Part shown: positions 31,886 through 42,294 of the stretch, piece by piece | Layout of the letters: each line of letters begins with the position of its first letter | Position numbering within the stretch: position 1 is the first letter of the stretch | Notes under the pieces: model-generated | Told to the model about the DNA's origin: nothing | What the model saw: only the letters and a program-made list of their open reading frames with translations | Database searches by the model: none | Translations under genes and position numbers: made by a program | From: a virus | Direction: 5' to 3' (one strand) | Virus record (IMG/VR): IMGVR_UViG_3300025840_000013 | Length of the DNA: 64,000 bases

Positions 31886-33829
31886 ATGGCCAAAAATATA
31901 AACATATCAGATTTAAGTTTTGATGGAATAAAAGACAATATCAAAAAATACATGGAGAATGATAAAGTTTTCAAAGATTATAACTTTGAAGGCTCTGCAT
32001 TGTCTAGTATTCTCGACATACTAACATATAATACTTATTACAATTCATATTATATGAACATGATCGCAAACGAAAGTTTTTTAGATACTGCAAGAATTCG
32101 TGAGAATGTTGTATCCAAGGCAAAGTTATTGGGTTATACTCCACGTTCTAATAAGTCTGCGACTGCATTGGTTGCAGTAACATTTAAGATTATTAGAAAG
32201 AATAGACAAGAAAGAGATTATCAATATAACACATTAAGAATCGATAGACAACTTGCATTTTCTACTTCTATTGATAACGAATCTTATATTTTTGTTCCGA
32301 AGGTTTCTAGGTCAATTACAAGGTCACGCTCTGCAGCAGAACCAGATGGTTCAAGGGCTCATTACTATACTATAAACGATTTAGAATTGTTTCAAGGACA
32401 ACAAGTGGAAGAAAAGTTTGTTGTTGATATTAACAATCCAAACCAAAAATTTATTTTATCTAACGAAAATGTAGATACTGGCACTATTCAAGTTCTAGTA
32501 CAGGCAAGTGCAGACGATGATGTTGTTTCTGAATTTAATTTAGCAACTGATACTACACAACTTTCGGATATTTCTAAAACATATTTTCTTCAAGAATCGA
32601 GAGATATGAAGTATGAAATATTTTTTGGAGATGGTGTTCTTGGGGACGAAGTAGAAAATGGTAATATAATTACAGTTCGTTATATTACGACAAAGGGTGC
32701 TAATGGAAATGGTATTACTGGAAGACTTACTGCAGTTGCACTGCCTAAAGGTGTAATTGTTGACACCGAAAATGTTCAGATTATTGGTGAGAGTTATGGT
32801 GGTGCCGACAGAGAAGATATTGAGTCTATTAAATTTTTTGCACCAAGAACATTCGAAAGTCAAAATAGAGCAGTTACTGCCAGAGACTATAAAGCGATTG
32901 TTCCACAAATTTATCCAGAGGTAGACACGATGAATGTTTGGGGTGGAGAAGATAATGACCCTCCTGCATATGGTTCTGTGTTTATGTCTATTAAACCAAA
33001 TACTGGATTGATTCTTTCCACTCAAGAAAAACAATATATTTTGAATCAGTTGAAAAGTAATTATTCAGTTCTTACTCTTTCGCCTCAAATTATCGACCCC
33101 GACTATTTAAAATTGAAGATAACTACAAATGTAAAGTATAATGATGAGTCAACCTTATTGGACGAATCGGCACTAAAAGAATCTGTAAGGCAAAATATCA
33201 TTTCTTATAATAATGAGTTTCTAAACGAATTTAATAGTTATTTTAGATATTCGCAGTTCTTGTCTACCATTGATAAAACTGATGATTCTGTTACAAATAA
33301 CATAACAGAAGTTTTGATGATTAATGAAAAAACACCAGTATATAATGGTGTTGCATCATATACATTCAATTTTAATAATGCAATACGTCCTAATAGTTTG
33401 TATTCTAATGCATTTACTATTGCTGGATTAAGTGACCCTCATTATATTGAAGATGACGGATTGGGTGGATTGAGAATATACACATTAACTCCATTATTCG
33501 CTAGAAAATATAATAATGTTTTGGGTGGAACTATTAACTATGGAACTGGTAAAGTTGTTTTGAATGATATTCAGATTACAGGCATTGTTGGCTCAACCGT
33601 TTTAGGTTTGGTTGCAGAACCAGAATCTAATGATATATTTCCTGTTCGTAATCAAATTATCTTTATTGATTATGACGAACTTGATATTGTAATGATGCCT
33701 GATACAGATGAATTTAATGAGAACTACGATATCTCTTCACAGAGAGTTGTTGTCACTAGATCACTTAGAACAACATATAATACATCACAGGCAAGTATTA
33801 CAAATGTAATATCTGATACTACAACATAA
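31886..33829 (+). CDS. gp6: baseplate wedge gp6
   Basis: DYNFEGS, ESFLDTA, FGDGVLG, QNRAVTARDY, WGGEDN. Confidence 0.95.
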   Translation: MAKNINISDLSFDGIKDNIKKYMENDKVFKDYNFEGSALSSILDILTYNTYYNSYYMNMIANESFLDTARIRENVVSKAKLLGYTPRSNKSATALVAVTFKIIRKNRQERDYQYNTLRIDRQLAFSTSIDNESYIFVPKVSRSITRSRSAAEPDGSRAHYYTINDLELFQGQQVEEKFVVDINNPNQKFILSNENVDTGTIQVLVQASADDDVVSEFNLATDTTQLSDISKTYFLQESRDMKYEIFFGDGVLGDEVENGNIITVRYITTKGANGNGITGRLTAVALPKGVIVDTENVQIIGESYGGADREDIESIKFFAPRTFESQNRAVTARDYKAIVPQIYPEVDTMNVWGGEDNDPPAYGSVFMSIKPNTGLILSTQEKQYILNQLKSNYSVLTLSPQIIDPDYLKLKITTNVKYNDESTLLDESALKESVRQNIISYNNEFLNEFNSYFRYSQFLSTIDKTDDSVTNNITEVLMINEKTPVYNGVASYTFNFNNAIRPNSLYSNAFTIAGLSDPHYIEDDGLGGLRIYTLTPLFARKYNNVLGGTINYGTGKVVLNDIQITGIVGSTVLGLVAEPESNDIFPVRNQIIFIDYDELDIVMMPDTDEFNENYDISSQRVVVTRSLRTTYNTSQASITNVISDTTT

Positions 33830-33848
33830 CAAGCAGAAGTTAAATTAA

Positions 33849-36800
33849 ATGGATAGAACTAATTTACAAAATATTGCATCTAGGATAAGAGAACAACTTC
33901 CTACTTATTTAAACAGTAGTGAATATGATAACTTTGTTCGTTTTTTAGAACTGTATTATGAATGGTTGGCACTAGATGACAATGTTAGTAATGTCACTGG
34001 AAAAATTACTTCACTTACAGACTTAGACGAAACTTTTGATGTTTTTGTTCAAGAGTTTAAGTCTGAACTTGCTGGCGCATGGCCAACCATTACCAAGATT
34101 AAGACAAATACTCAAATTGCAACTGAAATTTTGCAAGAATTAAACAATGGCGATGATGCAGAAACATCTATAGATACTACTGCTGACCAAGAATTTTTTA
34201 CTGACGGTGTTTCTGCAAAATATGTAATGGATTATTTTAATCCCTTTTATTATTTCTCAGATCAAGATGTAGACACAAAAGTTACTAAGATACGAGTCTT
34301 TATAAATGATGTCAATTTTGCTGGAAGAGTTGGGGAATCTTTAAGTGATGTTGTAGATAATTTAACACCCCCAAATGATGACCCAACAGGAAGCACTGGT
34401 GATTGGGTTGAATTAATTGAGGGAGTTGATTATAGACTTTTAGAAAACTCTATTATTTTTCAAGATGAAAATAACGATCCGATTGTTCATGATAATCGTG
34501 ATATTATAAAAATAAGATTTTATTTGAGAACTTTTATAAGTCCTACTGCAGACGTAGATACTGAATCTGCAATCCAAAAATTAGTAGAAGAAAGTGGAAA
34601 AGAAAAAACCAGATATACTAATGAAAGAAACTTTTTAAAGTTAATTAATAAGTTCTATAAACAAAAGGGCAGCGAAAGTTCCTATAAATTTTTGTTTAGG
34701 GCACTGTTTAATGAAGATATAGAAATATATTACCCAAAAGAAAACTTGTTAAAACCAAGTTCTAATACTTGGCAAACACTAACAAGTCTTAGGACTGTTC
34801 CGTATGAAGGCCCAATTAAGATCAATCAACCACTGTTCATTGAAGGTGAGTCTAGTGGTGCCTCAGCAAATATTGAATATTTCAATGATTATACTTTAGG
34901 TGATTATAAAGTTCGTGAATATGTAATTAGTTCTATCAATGGTGAGTTTTCTAGTAAAGAAACTGTAAAAATAAAACAAATAGATTCATCCATTTATGAA
35001 GAAAGTTTATATGAATGTGTCGTAGGATTTGAAATAGAAAATCCTGGCGAAGATATGCCACGAAATTTGACACTGCAAAATAATTTATCTTCAAATGGTA
35101 GTGGTTATGGTTTTGCTGCAAAAATCGCACACACTTCTTTCGGCCCAGTTGAAAATATCAAAATTGTTAATAATGGAGATCAGTATATTACTGGCGAAAC
35201 AATTGAGTTTCAAAATGGCAACACATTGGGTTCATATGCTATTGGTCAAATTAGTTCTATTCAATCCGTTAAAAATAATTTTAGTGTTTCATTCTTTCAA
35301 AACCCAGAAAGTTTAGAATATCCAGTCATGTCATTTGATATTGGACTTTCGGGGTTTGATTTTGGCCCTAGAGCACAAAATCCATCAGTTACGATTGAAA
35401 ACATAGATTATCTCTATGATGATGTTTTTTATCTATACGATTATGAAGACATCTATAATAGAAAAATTACACATCAGGTCCAAACGTTTTTTGCCGCCGT
35501 CAAAGATTATAAGACTGGGGAGTTAAGTTCTACTTATAGAAGTTCTATAACTCCAGTCGAAGAACCACCATTTATAATTACAAATTTAAATGAAGGTGAT
35601 CCCACAGAATATAGATTAAGAACAGACTTGGAGTTTCAAGTTACATCTGTAAATGAATTTGGTGGTATTACTGGAGTTTCAATTACAAATAACTTAGCAA
35701 GTCCAACCAATGTTTTCCCACAGATTGCGGATGTAAGAAACCAAACTGCAACCTATCATCAAGGTAGAGGTGTAGGTGCGTTGTTTGATGTTGCATATCT
35801 TGATAATGTAATAACTTCTGTCACTTTAGGGAGTCAAGAAACTTCTAAACATTATGTCCCTGGCGATTTTATTAAAATTGACGGCGAACAATTTTTTAAT
35901 GGTGTGTCGGGTGTTCATGATATCTTTATAAAAGTATTGACTGTTACAGGTGGTTCGGCATATTTAAATCTAGACGCATCTTCATATACTACAACTTCTA
36001 GAATTGGTACAGGCGCTGTGTGGGATATTGATACAGACGAACCCAGTTATCCCCAAAACCTTTCTGTTCTTTTGAGTGATGCAAATGCACAAGGAGTTTT
36101 ATCACCAACTACAAATTATATCGTTGGGGATAAGTTTACAATTTTAGGTTCTGTTGTTGGTGGTACGGATGGAGAGAATGATGTAACAATTACCGTAACA
36201 GAAGTCAACGATGAAGGACGAATCGAAGATTTTGAAGTTTTTGCAAATCCAATCACTGGACATATATCAACATTTGAAGTTTTAAATCCAACAACTCCGA
36301 TGCCAGATGGATATTCATATTACTACGCACCACAATATACCGCTTCTACTCAAAATGGCGGAACTTCTGGAACAGGTGCAATATTTAATTTCATTAGAAG
36401 AGATGGGACAACATATTATGTAACAAATCCTGCGTCAAGATTTAATGGAATTAACTATTCCGTTGGCGATTCAATTACAATAATTGGTAGTGAATTGGGG
36501 GGTGTTGATGGAATTAACGATCTAGTTTTTGATGTAATTAAGATTGACGACAATGGTGGTATATTGCAGATTGGAAATATTAGTGGAACTGCTATTAATT
36601 CATCGCCAGAAAATCTAAACAAGAATGATAATTTAGTTAGTGTTATGTCTAATGGTTATGGTGCAACCTTTGATGTTAATATTAATAACGGAGTATATAC
36701 TGTTACGCCAAATCAACCAGGCGCCAATTATCTTGTAGGACAAAATTTTAAGATTAAAGGTTATAAGTTAGCACACCAATACTTAAAAGAAGGATTTAAA

Positions 36801-39800
36801 GCAGGACTTGCAAAGGTTGGGGAACATGCATTATACACAGATTATGGATGGTTGAGAAGTGATAACATCGATCTAAAATTTGATGTCGAGTTAACCAACA
36901 AAGAACTAACAATCGACTTTTGGTATTTTAGAAAATCTATTTCTATTACAGATATAGATTCGCCCGGCGGCGTTATTTTTGCAATCAACAGTGAAGATGG
37001 TGGTACTCAACATTTAACCCTTTGGCAAAATTATGATGGTACAATTGATTTAATTGATTCTTCTGGAAATGTACTTGGTGCAAGATCAGTTCCGTTTGGA
37101 GAGTGGAATCATATAGCGGTTTATTTTTCTAACGATGGAACTTCTATCTATTTGAATGGACTATTAGAAAATACAATTCCTGGCGTCAATATGTTAAATT
37201 ATAGTACAAACTCAAATTTCTATATTGGTGCAAGACAGATTGTAGATGGAAATTCTTTAGTAATTATGAATGATTATACTCTTGGTTTCTTTGGTGCATT
37301 CAGAATGACTAAAGGACAAAGATATGTTGCTAATTATGAATCTAATATTACTTTAGAAGGAGATCCTGCAGCAGTCGAGGCGGCATTTGATGATTGGTAT
37401 AGATTTTCACATTCTGGTGCATCATCATACCAAGCAATCCCCAGCGACTTGTCTGCATGGATTTATAACTCTAGTACAAATAGTATTGAATGTACCGCAA
37501 ACACAGGTAGTTTTACTGGTTTTATTGGCTCAACTCCTGCAACAAACTTAGAATTTGAATCCGTCATGTCAAGTACTTCATCAGATGATGATACACTTGC
37601 GCTTATAGTTGGATTTGTGACTAATGGATTACAACCTACAGACGCTGGATATAAAGAATATACTTTAAGTGCGGTCAGAAATATGGGCGGAACTACTCCT
37701 AATGTTGGTTGGGGAATAGTATATAATTATCTACAAGATGATCAGATTGTTCTTCAAACATCTAATGTACCGTTTATTTCTGGTGGATGGAGTGCAAATG
37801 GTGCTACAAAAGTAAAAGTAATAAAAAATGGTGCCAGTGTATATGCAACTACTTCCCAGAATGGGTCAACTTCTTTAGATTCTTCAACTACACTTTATGT
37901 TGATTTGAGTACAAACCCAGTCTTAAATAAATTTGAAGGTGCAATTCAGTGGGGTTTTGGCGCACACAGTCAAGATGCTGCGAACTTCTCATTGTTAGAT
38001 GCATCGGGTTCTTCTACTGGTGTTTTAGTAGAAGATAAGGGAACCCAGAACCCTGTTTCTGGTAATGGAATAAGTCCAGAACATGTCAATCCTATTCCCT
38101 TTAAACAAGATATTAGACAGTCATCAAGATATCTAGAAAGAGTTGACGCCGTTGGAGGCGAAACAGTTATTGAATTATTCTATGACAGTAATTCTGCAGT
38201 GAGAATATTCAAAGTTACAGATAGTATTATCACTCCAGAAAACATTCCAGATGCATTCCCAACAAATCCTATAGAACGGTTGGTATGGGAATGGGCGGAT
38301 AATTATTATATCTGGATTGATGGTGCATGGAAAAACTATGTTGAACTTGACCCATCAGAGTATAATGCAACAACAGGTACTGCGATAACCTTTACTAATC
38401 CGTTAGTTGCTGGTGATATTATAATGATTAGATATTATGGTGCTTTGTCGGACAAGCTTGAATATGTGATATTCAATAGTGAATCTTTAGTAGAACCAAA
38501 TAAAATCAGATTGAGAAGGTGGGTAGATAATCCTCAAACTCTTGATGACACTATGGCGCAATATCAATTGCCTGATGCCCATACACTGACTGTTGGATGG
38601 GAAGAAATTCCAAAGTCTGGTATTGAGACTACTAGACTTATTACAGGTGGTGAGGGTTACATTAGATATCCATATGGAAATGTTGCGAGGGAAACATTGT
38701 CGTATACTTCTACTGGTAGAAGTGGAGTTTTGCGAGGACTTGGAAAAGATATTGGTAAAATTAATAGACTAGAAATATACGCAAATCCATTTAGAGAAGA
38801 TTTTGACGGATTTGGAGTTGGATATGATACTCCACCAGAAATTGACTTGAGTAATTATGGTAATGGACAGGCATCTATTAAAGTACTAACTGGGCCTCTA
38901 TGTGTTCGTGATGGTGTTTATGTCAACCAACAAGGATTTATTTCAGATGATAATCGTATTCATGATGGTTATCTGTGGCAGGATTATTCTTATGTTGTAA
39001 AAGTAAACAGATATATTGATGAGTGGAGAAGAATCGTTAAGAAGATTATTCACCCCGCTGGTTTGATGATGTTTGGAGAATTTACTACTCTAACTAAGGC
39101 CTCTGTAAGAAAAGGACTTGGGGTTGCATATCGTGAACTCATGTTCGAAATTATTAAAAATGTTAATTTGAGAATGCGTAATATGGATGGTAGTGGAAGT
39201 TGGACATATGCTACTGCCCAACAAACTGATATCAACGATTTGAATTCTCATGGTTATTATTTTGTGTATGATAATCGTCAACTTAGTATTGACAGTGAAA
39301 TTGATGGCCTTTATCAAGGTGTAGGAACTGGAGAAATATCTGATGATACAGTTGGTGCAGCAACGGTAGATAGTGGGTCTGGTAGATATGCATTATTAGA
39401 TGAAAATGGAAATAATGCTTTGCGCTGGGAAGATGTAAAGAAAATCGCAATTAACTACAAAGATGCATATGGAAAAGATTATGGACACTATTGGTCGTCT
39501 AAAATACTTGGTAATACATTTACAATATATGATACATCTGATGAGAGTATGACTAATGATGAATGGATAAATGTAAGGCCTTGGGCAAAGTATGTTGTAG
39601 AGAGTGTAGAACTAGATCCTGATTATCTTGACAGAATTGCAGTTTTTGATGTGAAGATTATTCAGTCTTATAGAGAACTTCCTTCTACTGCTCCTCAGAA
39701 TAGAGTTGAGTTTAGATGGGACAACATTTGGCGTGGGAATGTAAACAGACAACCAAACTATTGGGTTGGTGCTATTGCAGATGGTGCAAATCCAAGAGAT

Positions 39801-40514
39801 GAAAAAATGGTGATAAATATAACAGGTAAGTATATGTTCTACAAAAACTATACTGGTGACCTGCCGACATTACACACCACATACAGGTCACTAGAAAGGT
39901 TTAAGTTTTACTTTACTTCCAGATTCCCTTGGGAAAGGTTGAGACCATTACTGTTTAGTCCTCAGAGAGAAATGGATAATTCTCCATATCTGATAAAACG
40001 ACCAATTGTAAATGGAAATGGATTGACTCATATTCCCGCAAAGGCAGAAGGCCTTGGGATTTGGTATCACTTACCAGTGGATGCAACAGATAATGATTGG
40101 ATTGCAAATACAGACGGAACAGATCATAATTGGAGAAATACTGTAATTGAAGATGTTGTAAAACTTGCAGATAACAAATATCGTGCGGTTTTAGATTCGT
40201 TTATTAATATTACACCTGTATTCTTGATAATGAGTGAGGAAGAACCAGATGTCCCGACTAGAAAAAGACTGGGGCCTACAAATTTAACAATTGAGAGAAT
40301 AAAATTTAATGATAGATTACAATCAGGACTTGATTATAATGTAGATAGAGTTGACTATGACGAAAATTTATTAGACTTGAATACTTTTATAAAGTATCAA
40401 GCAGAACACATTCATGATAAGTCAAATGTCGCACCAGAATCATCTATTGTACTGTATAATACGAATCCAACAACAATTGAAGAATTAAATCAACAGATTG
40501 TTCTGAAAGACTAA
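33849..40514 (+). CDS. gp7: baseplate wedge initiator gp7-like, expanded with repeats and lectin-like domains
   Basis: FLELYYEWL, FYKQKGSESSYKFLFRALF, WQDYSYV, IIHPAG; LamG-like segment; between gp6 and gp8. Confidence 0.8.
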   Translation: MDRTNLQNIASRIREQLPTYLNSSEYDNFVRFLELYYEWLALDDNVSNVTGKITSLTDLDETFDVFVQEFKSELAGAWPTITKIKTNTQIATEILQELNNGDDAETSIDTTADQEFFTDGVSAKYVMDYFNPFYYFSDQDVDTKVTKIRVFINDVNFAGRVGESLSDVVDNLTPPNDDPTGSTGDWVELIEGVDYRLLENSIIFQDENNDPIVHDNRDIIKIRFYLRTFISPTADVDTESAIQKLVEESGKEKTRYTNERNFLKLINKFYKQKGSESSYKFLFRALFNEDIEIYYPKENLLKPSSNTWQTLTSLRTVPYEGPIKINQPLFIEGESSGASANIEYFNDYTLGDYKVREYVISSINGEFSSKETVKIKQIDSSIYEESLYECVVGFEIENPGEDMPRNLTLQNNLSSNGSGYGFAAKIAHTSFGPVENIKIVNNGDQYITGETIEFQNGNTLGSYAIGQISSIQSVKNNFSVSFFQNPESLEYPVMSFDIGLSGFDFGPRAQNPSVTIENIDYLYDDVFYLYDYEDIYNRKITHQVQTFFAAVKDYKTGELSSTYRSSITPVEEPPFIITNLNEGDPTEYRLRTDLEFQVTSVNEFGGITGVSITNNLASPTNVFPQIADVRNQTATYHQGRGVGALFDVAYLDNVITSVTLGSQETSKHYVPGDFIKIDGEQFFNGVSGVHDIFIKVLTVTGGSAYLNLDASSYTTTSRIGTGAVWDIDTDEPSYPQNLSVLLSDANAQGVLSPTTNYIVGDKFTILGSVVGGTDGENDVTITVTEVNDEGRIEDFEVFANPITGHISTFEVLNPTTPMPDGYSYYYAPQYTASTQNGGTSGTGAIFNFIRRDGTTYYVTNPASRFNGINYSVGDSITIIGSELGGVDGINDLVFDVIKIDDNGGILQIGNISGTAINSSPENLNKNDNLVSVMSNGYGATFDVNINNGVYTVTPNQPGANYLVGQNFKIKGYKLAHQYLKEGFKAGLAKVGEHALYTDYGWLRSDNIDLKFDVELTNKELTIDFWYFRKSISITDIDSPGGVIFAINSEDGGTQHLTLWQNYDGTIDLIDSSGNVLGARSVPFGEWNHIAVYFSNDGTSIYLNGLLENTIPGVNMLNYSTNSNFYIGARQIVDGNSLVIMNDYTLGFFGAFRMTKGQRYVANYESNITLEGDPAAVEAAFDDWYRFSHSGASSYQAIPSDLSAWIYNSSTNSIECTANTGSFTGFIGSTPATNLEFESVMSSTSSDDDTLALIVGFVTNGLQPTDAGYKEYTLSAVRNMGGTTPNVGWGIVYNYLQDDQIVLQTSNVPFISGGWSANGATKVKVIKNGASVYATTSQNGSTSLDSSTTLYVDLSTNPVLNKFEGAIQWGFGAHSQDAANFSLLDASGSSTGVLVEDKGTQNPVSGNGISPEHVNPIPFKQDIRQSSRYLERVDAVGGETVIELFYDSNSAVRIFKVTDSIITPENIPDAFPTNPIERLVWEWADNYYIWIDGAWKNYVELDPSEYNATTGTAITFTNPLVAGDIIMIRYYGALSDKLEYVIFNSESLVEPNKIRLRRWVDNPQTLDDTMAQYQLPDAHTLTVGWEEIPKSGIETTRLITGGEGYIRYPYGNVARETLSYTSTGRSGVLRGLGKDIGKINRLEIYANPFREDFDGFGVGYDTPPEIDLSNYGNGQASIKVLTGPLCVRDGVYVNQQGFISDDNRIHDGYLWQDYSYVVKVNRYIDEWRRIVKKIIHPAGLMMFGEFTTLTKASVRKGLGVAYRELMFEIIKNVNLRMRNMDGSGSWTYATAQQTDINDLNSHGYYFVYDNRQLSIDSEIDGLYQGVGTGEISDDTVGAATVDSGSGRYALLDENGNNALRWEDVKKIAINYKDAYGKDYGHYWSSKILGNTFTIYDTSDESMTNDEWINVRPWAKYVVESVELDPDYLDRIAVFDVKIIQSYRELPSTAPQNRVEFRWDNIWRGNVNRQPNYWVGAIADGANPRDEKMVINITGKYMFYKNYTGDLPTLHTTYRSLERFKFYFTSRFPWERLRPLLFSPQREMDNSPYLIKRPIVNGNGLTHIPAKAEGLGIWYHLPVDATDNDWIANTDGTDHNWRNTVIEDVVKLADNKYRAVLDSFINITPVFLIMSEEEPDVPTRKRLGPTNLTIERIKFNDRLQSGLDYNVDRVDYDENLLDLNTFIKYQAEHIHDKSNVAPESSIVLYNTNPTTIEELNQQIVLKD

Positions 40515-40523
40515 AAAATAAAT

Positions 40524-40531
40524 TATAAATA
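40524..40531 (+). promoter_or_regulatory. T4-type late promoter
   Basis: TATAAATA upstream of gp8. Confidence 0.75.
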
Positions 40532-40565
40532 GTATTAAAATTCATGACACTAAAAAGGTAAAAAA

Positions 40566-42260
40566 ATGGCAGCGATTATTACAAACAAATTAAGAATTTT
40601 CAATGCAATGGAATTCTTGCAATCAATTAACAGATCCGCACCTAATTGGAAACCTAACAATACCTATGCAGAAGGTGATGTTGTGGTCAACAACCAGAAC
40701 TCATTTATTGCACTAGGAAATATTAGTGGTTCTTCCACAAGTGGTGTTTCTGCTGGTGATGGGGATGGCCCAGCACCAGATACTCTCCAAGATGGTACTG
40801 TACAGTGGGCCCATCAAGGACAATCGGTTTACAATATGCTTTATATGGCAATTGGTAAACAAACTCCTTGGTTAAATGATTCAAACCCACCGACACCAGA
40901 AGATTCAATTGGTTACTCATATAGATTTAAGTACGATACAATTGCACTTAAGAAAGTCAATTACAGTGATATGACTCTTGCAATTCCAAGAATCAACTGG
41001 ACTTCTGGTAGAGTATATACTATGTACGAACATGATAACCCAGAAGAAATTATTCCAAATGGATATGTGATTGTTGCATCTGGAAATCAATTTAATGTTT
41101 ATAAGTGTATTAATAACCAAAAATATGATGCTGCTGCCCAAACAGTGACTACAGTTGCTTCAACAGTCCAACCATCAACTACTGGAACAGAAATTGAAGA
41201 GACTGTAGATGGTTATAAGTGGAAGTTTATGTATGCAATCGATCTTCAAGATTCTCTTAAATTCTTGACAAAAGATTATATTCCAGTTAAAAATCTTCTA
41301 GAAGATCCAGTTGCACCTGGCACCGCCGCTCAGGTACAGTGGGACATCAAACAAGCCGCATCTCAACCAAATCCTGGCCAAATTGAACATGTAAAAATTA
41401 TGCCAAACGAAGAGGGTGGTGCGATTGGTGGAGGATTGGGTTATCATCCAAACATTCAACAAACAGCCTCTGTTACACTAACTGGTAATCAAGTTACCAT
41501 CGCCGGTGTTGACGGTGCGACAGATTATACTGGTTATGATTTAGTAGACCTTGGAAATCAGGAACAGTTTAGAATTACAAACTGGAGTCTTTCTGGTACA
41601 ACTGCAACTGCAAATGTAAACGGTTCTTTTACTGGTGGTGCTGGTAGAGATATTCTTATTGCGCCCGGCGTTAATATTTCTGGTAATGGTTCTTCTTTCA
41701 GTGCATATGGACTTGTCGTAGACCAAAGAATTGAAAAAATTGTTATCACCAGTACTGGTGCAAATTGGTCTGCTGTAGACAACGCAACCGTTGATGTTAA
41801 TAATGTTCCAGCATACAATTTCGATGGAACATTGAATGTAAATGCATGTAAAGTAAAACCAATTGTTTCCCCAGAAAATGGACATGGATTTAATCCTGTA
41901 GAAGAATTGGGTGGTTATTATGTAATGACTGCAATAAAACTTGAATATGACGAACAGTCTACAAGAGAAAATTCTTTGGGGAGTTTGGAAACTAAGATTA
42001 TGTTTCCTGTCGAAAATTCTGAAGCACAGTTTAGACAGATTGCTATTGTCGCTGATCCCGATGCACAGACTCAGGGTGGGTCGACTCCTGCAAACGAAGA
42101 GTCATATAGAGGCCCACAGCACCCAGATTTTGGTTCTGCAGATGAAGAAACATTTGATATCGTAACTGGTACAGGTAAAGTTCTCTACATTGAAAACCGA
42201 CAGCCCGTTTCTAGAGCCATTGATCAAATTGAAGATATTAAAGTAGTATTTGAATTCTAA
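40566..42260 (+). CDS. gp8: baseplate wedge gp8
   Basis: MAAIITNKLRI, PRINWTSG, VYKCINN, DGYKWKFMY, YIENR...EDIKVVFEF. Confidence 0.92.
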   Translation: MAAIITNKLRIFNAMEFLQSINRSAPNWKPNNTYAEGDVVVNNQNSFIALGNISGSSTSGVSAGDGDGPAPDTLQDGTVQWAHQGQSVYNMLYMAIGKQTPWLNDSNPPTPEDSIGYSYRFKYDTIALKKVNYSDMTLAIPRINWTSGRVYTMYEHDNPEEIIPNGYVIVASGNQFNVYKCINNQKYDAAAQTVTTVASTVQPSTTGTEIEETVDGYKWKFMYAIDLQDSLKFLTKDYIPVKNLLEDPVAPGTAAQVQWDIKQAASQPNPGQIEHVKIMPNEEGGAIGGGLGYHPNIQQTASVTLTGNQVTIAGVDGATDYTGYDLVDLGNQEQFRITNWSLSGTTATANVNGSFTGGAGRDILIAPGVNISGNGSSFSAYGLVVDQRIEKIVITSTGANWSAVDNATVDVNNVPAYNFDGTLNVNACKVKPIVSPENGHGFNPVEELGGYYVMTAIKLEYDEQSTRENSLGSLETKIMFPVENSEAQFRQIAIVADPDAQTQGGSTPANEESYRGPQHPDFGSADEETFDIVTGTGKVLYIENRQPVSRAIDQIEDIKVVFEF

Positions 42261-42294
42261 TTAAAATAAAAAACCAGTTGAGAGAAGAAGACAC

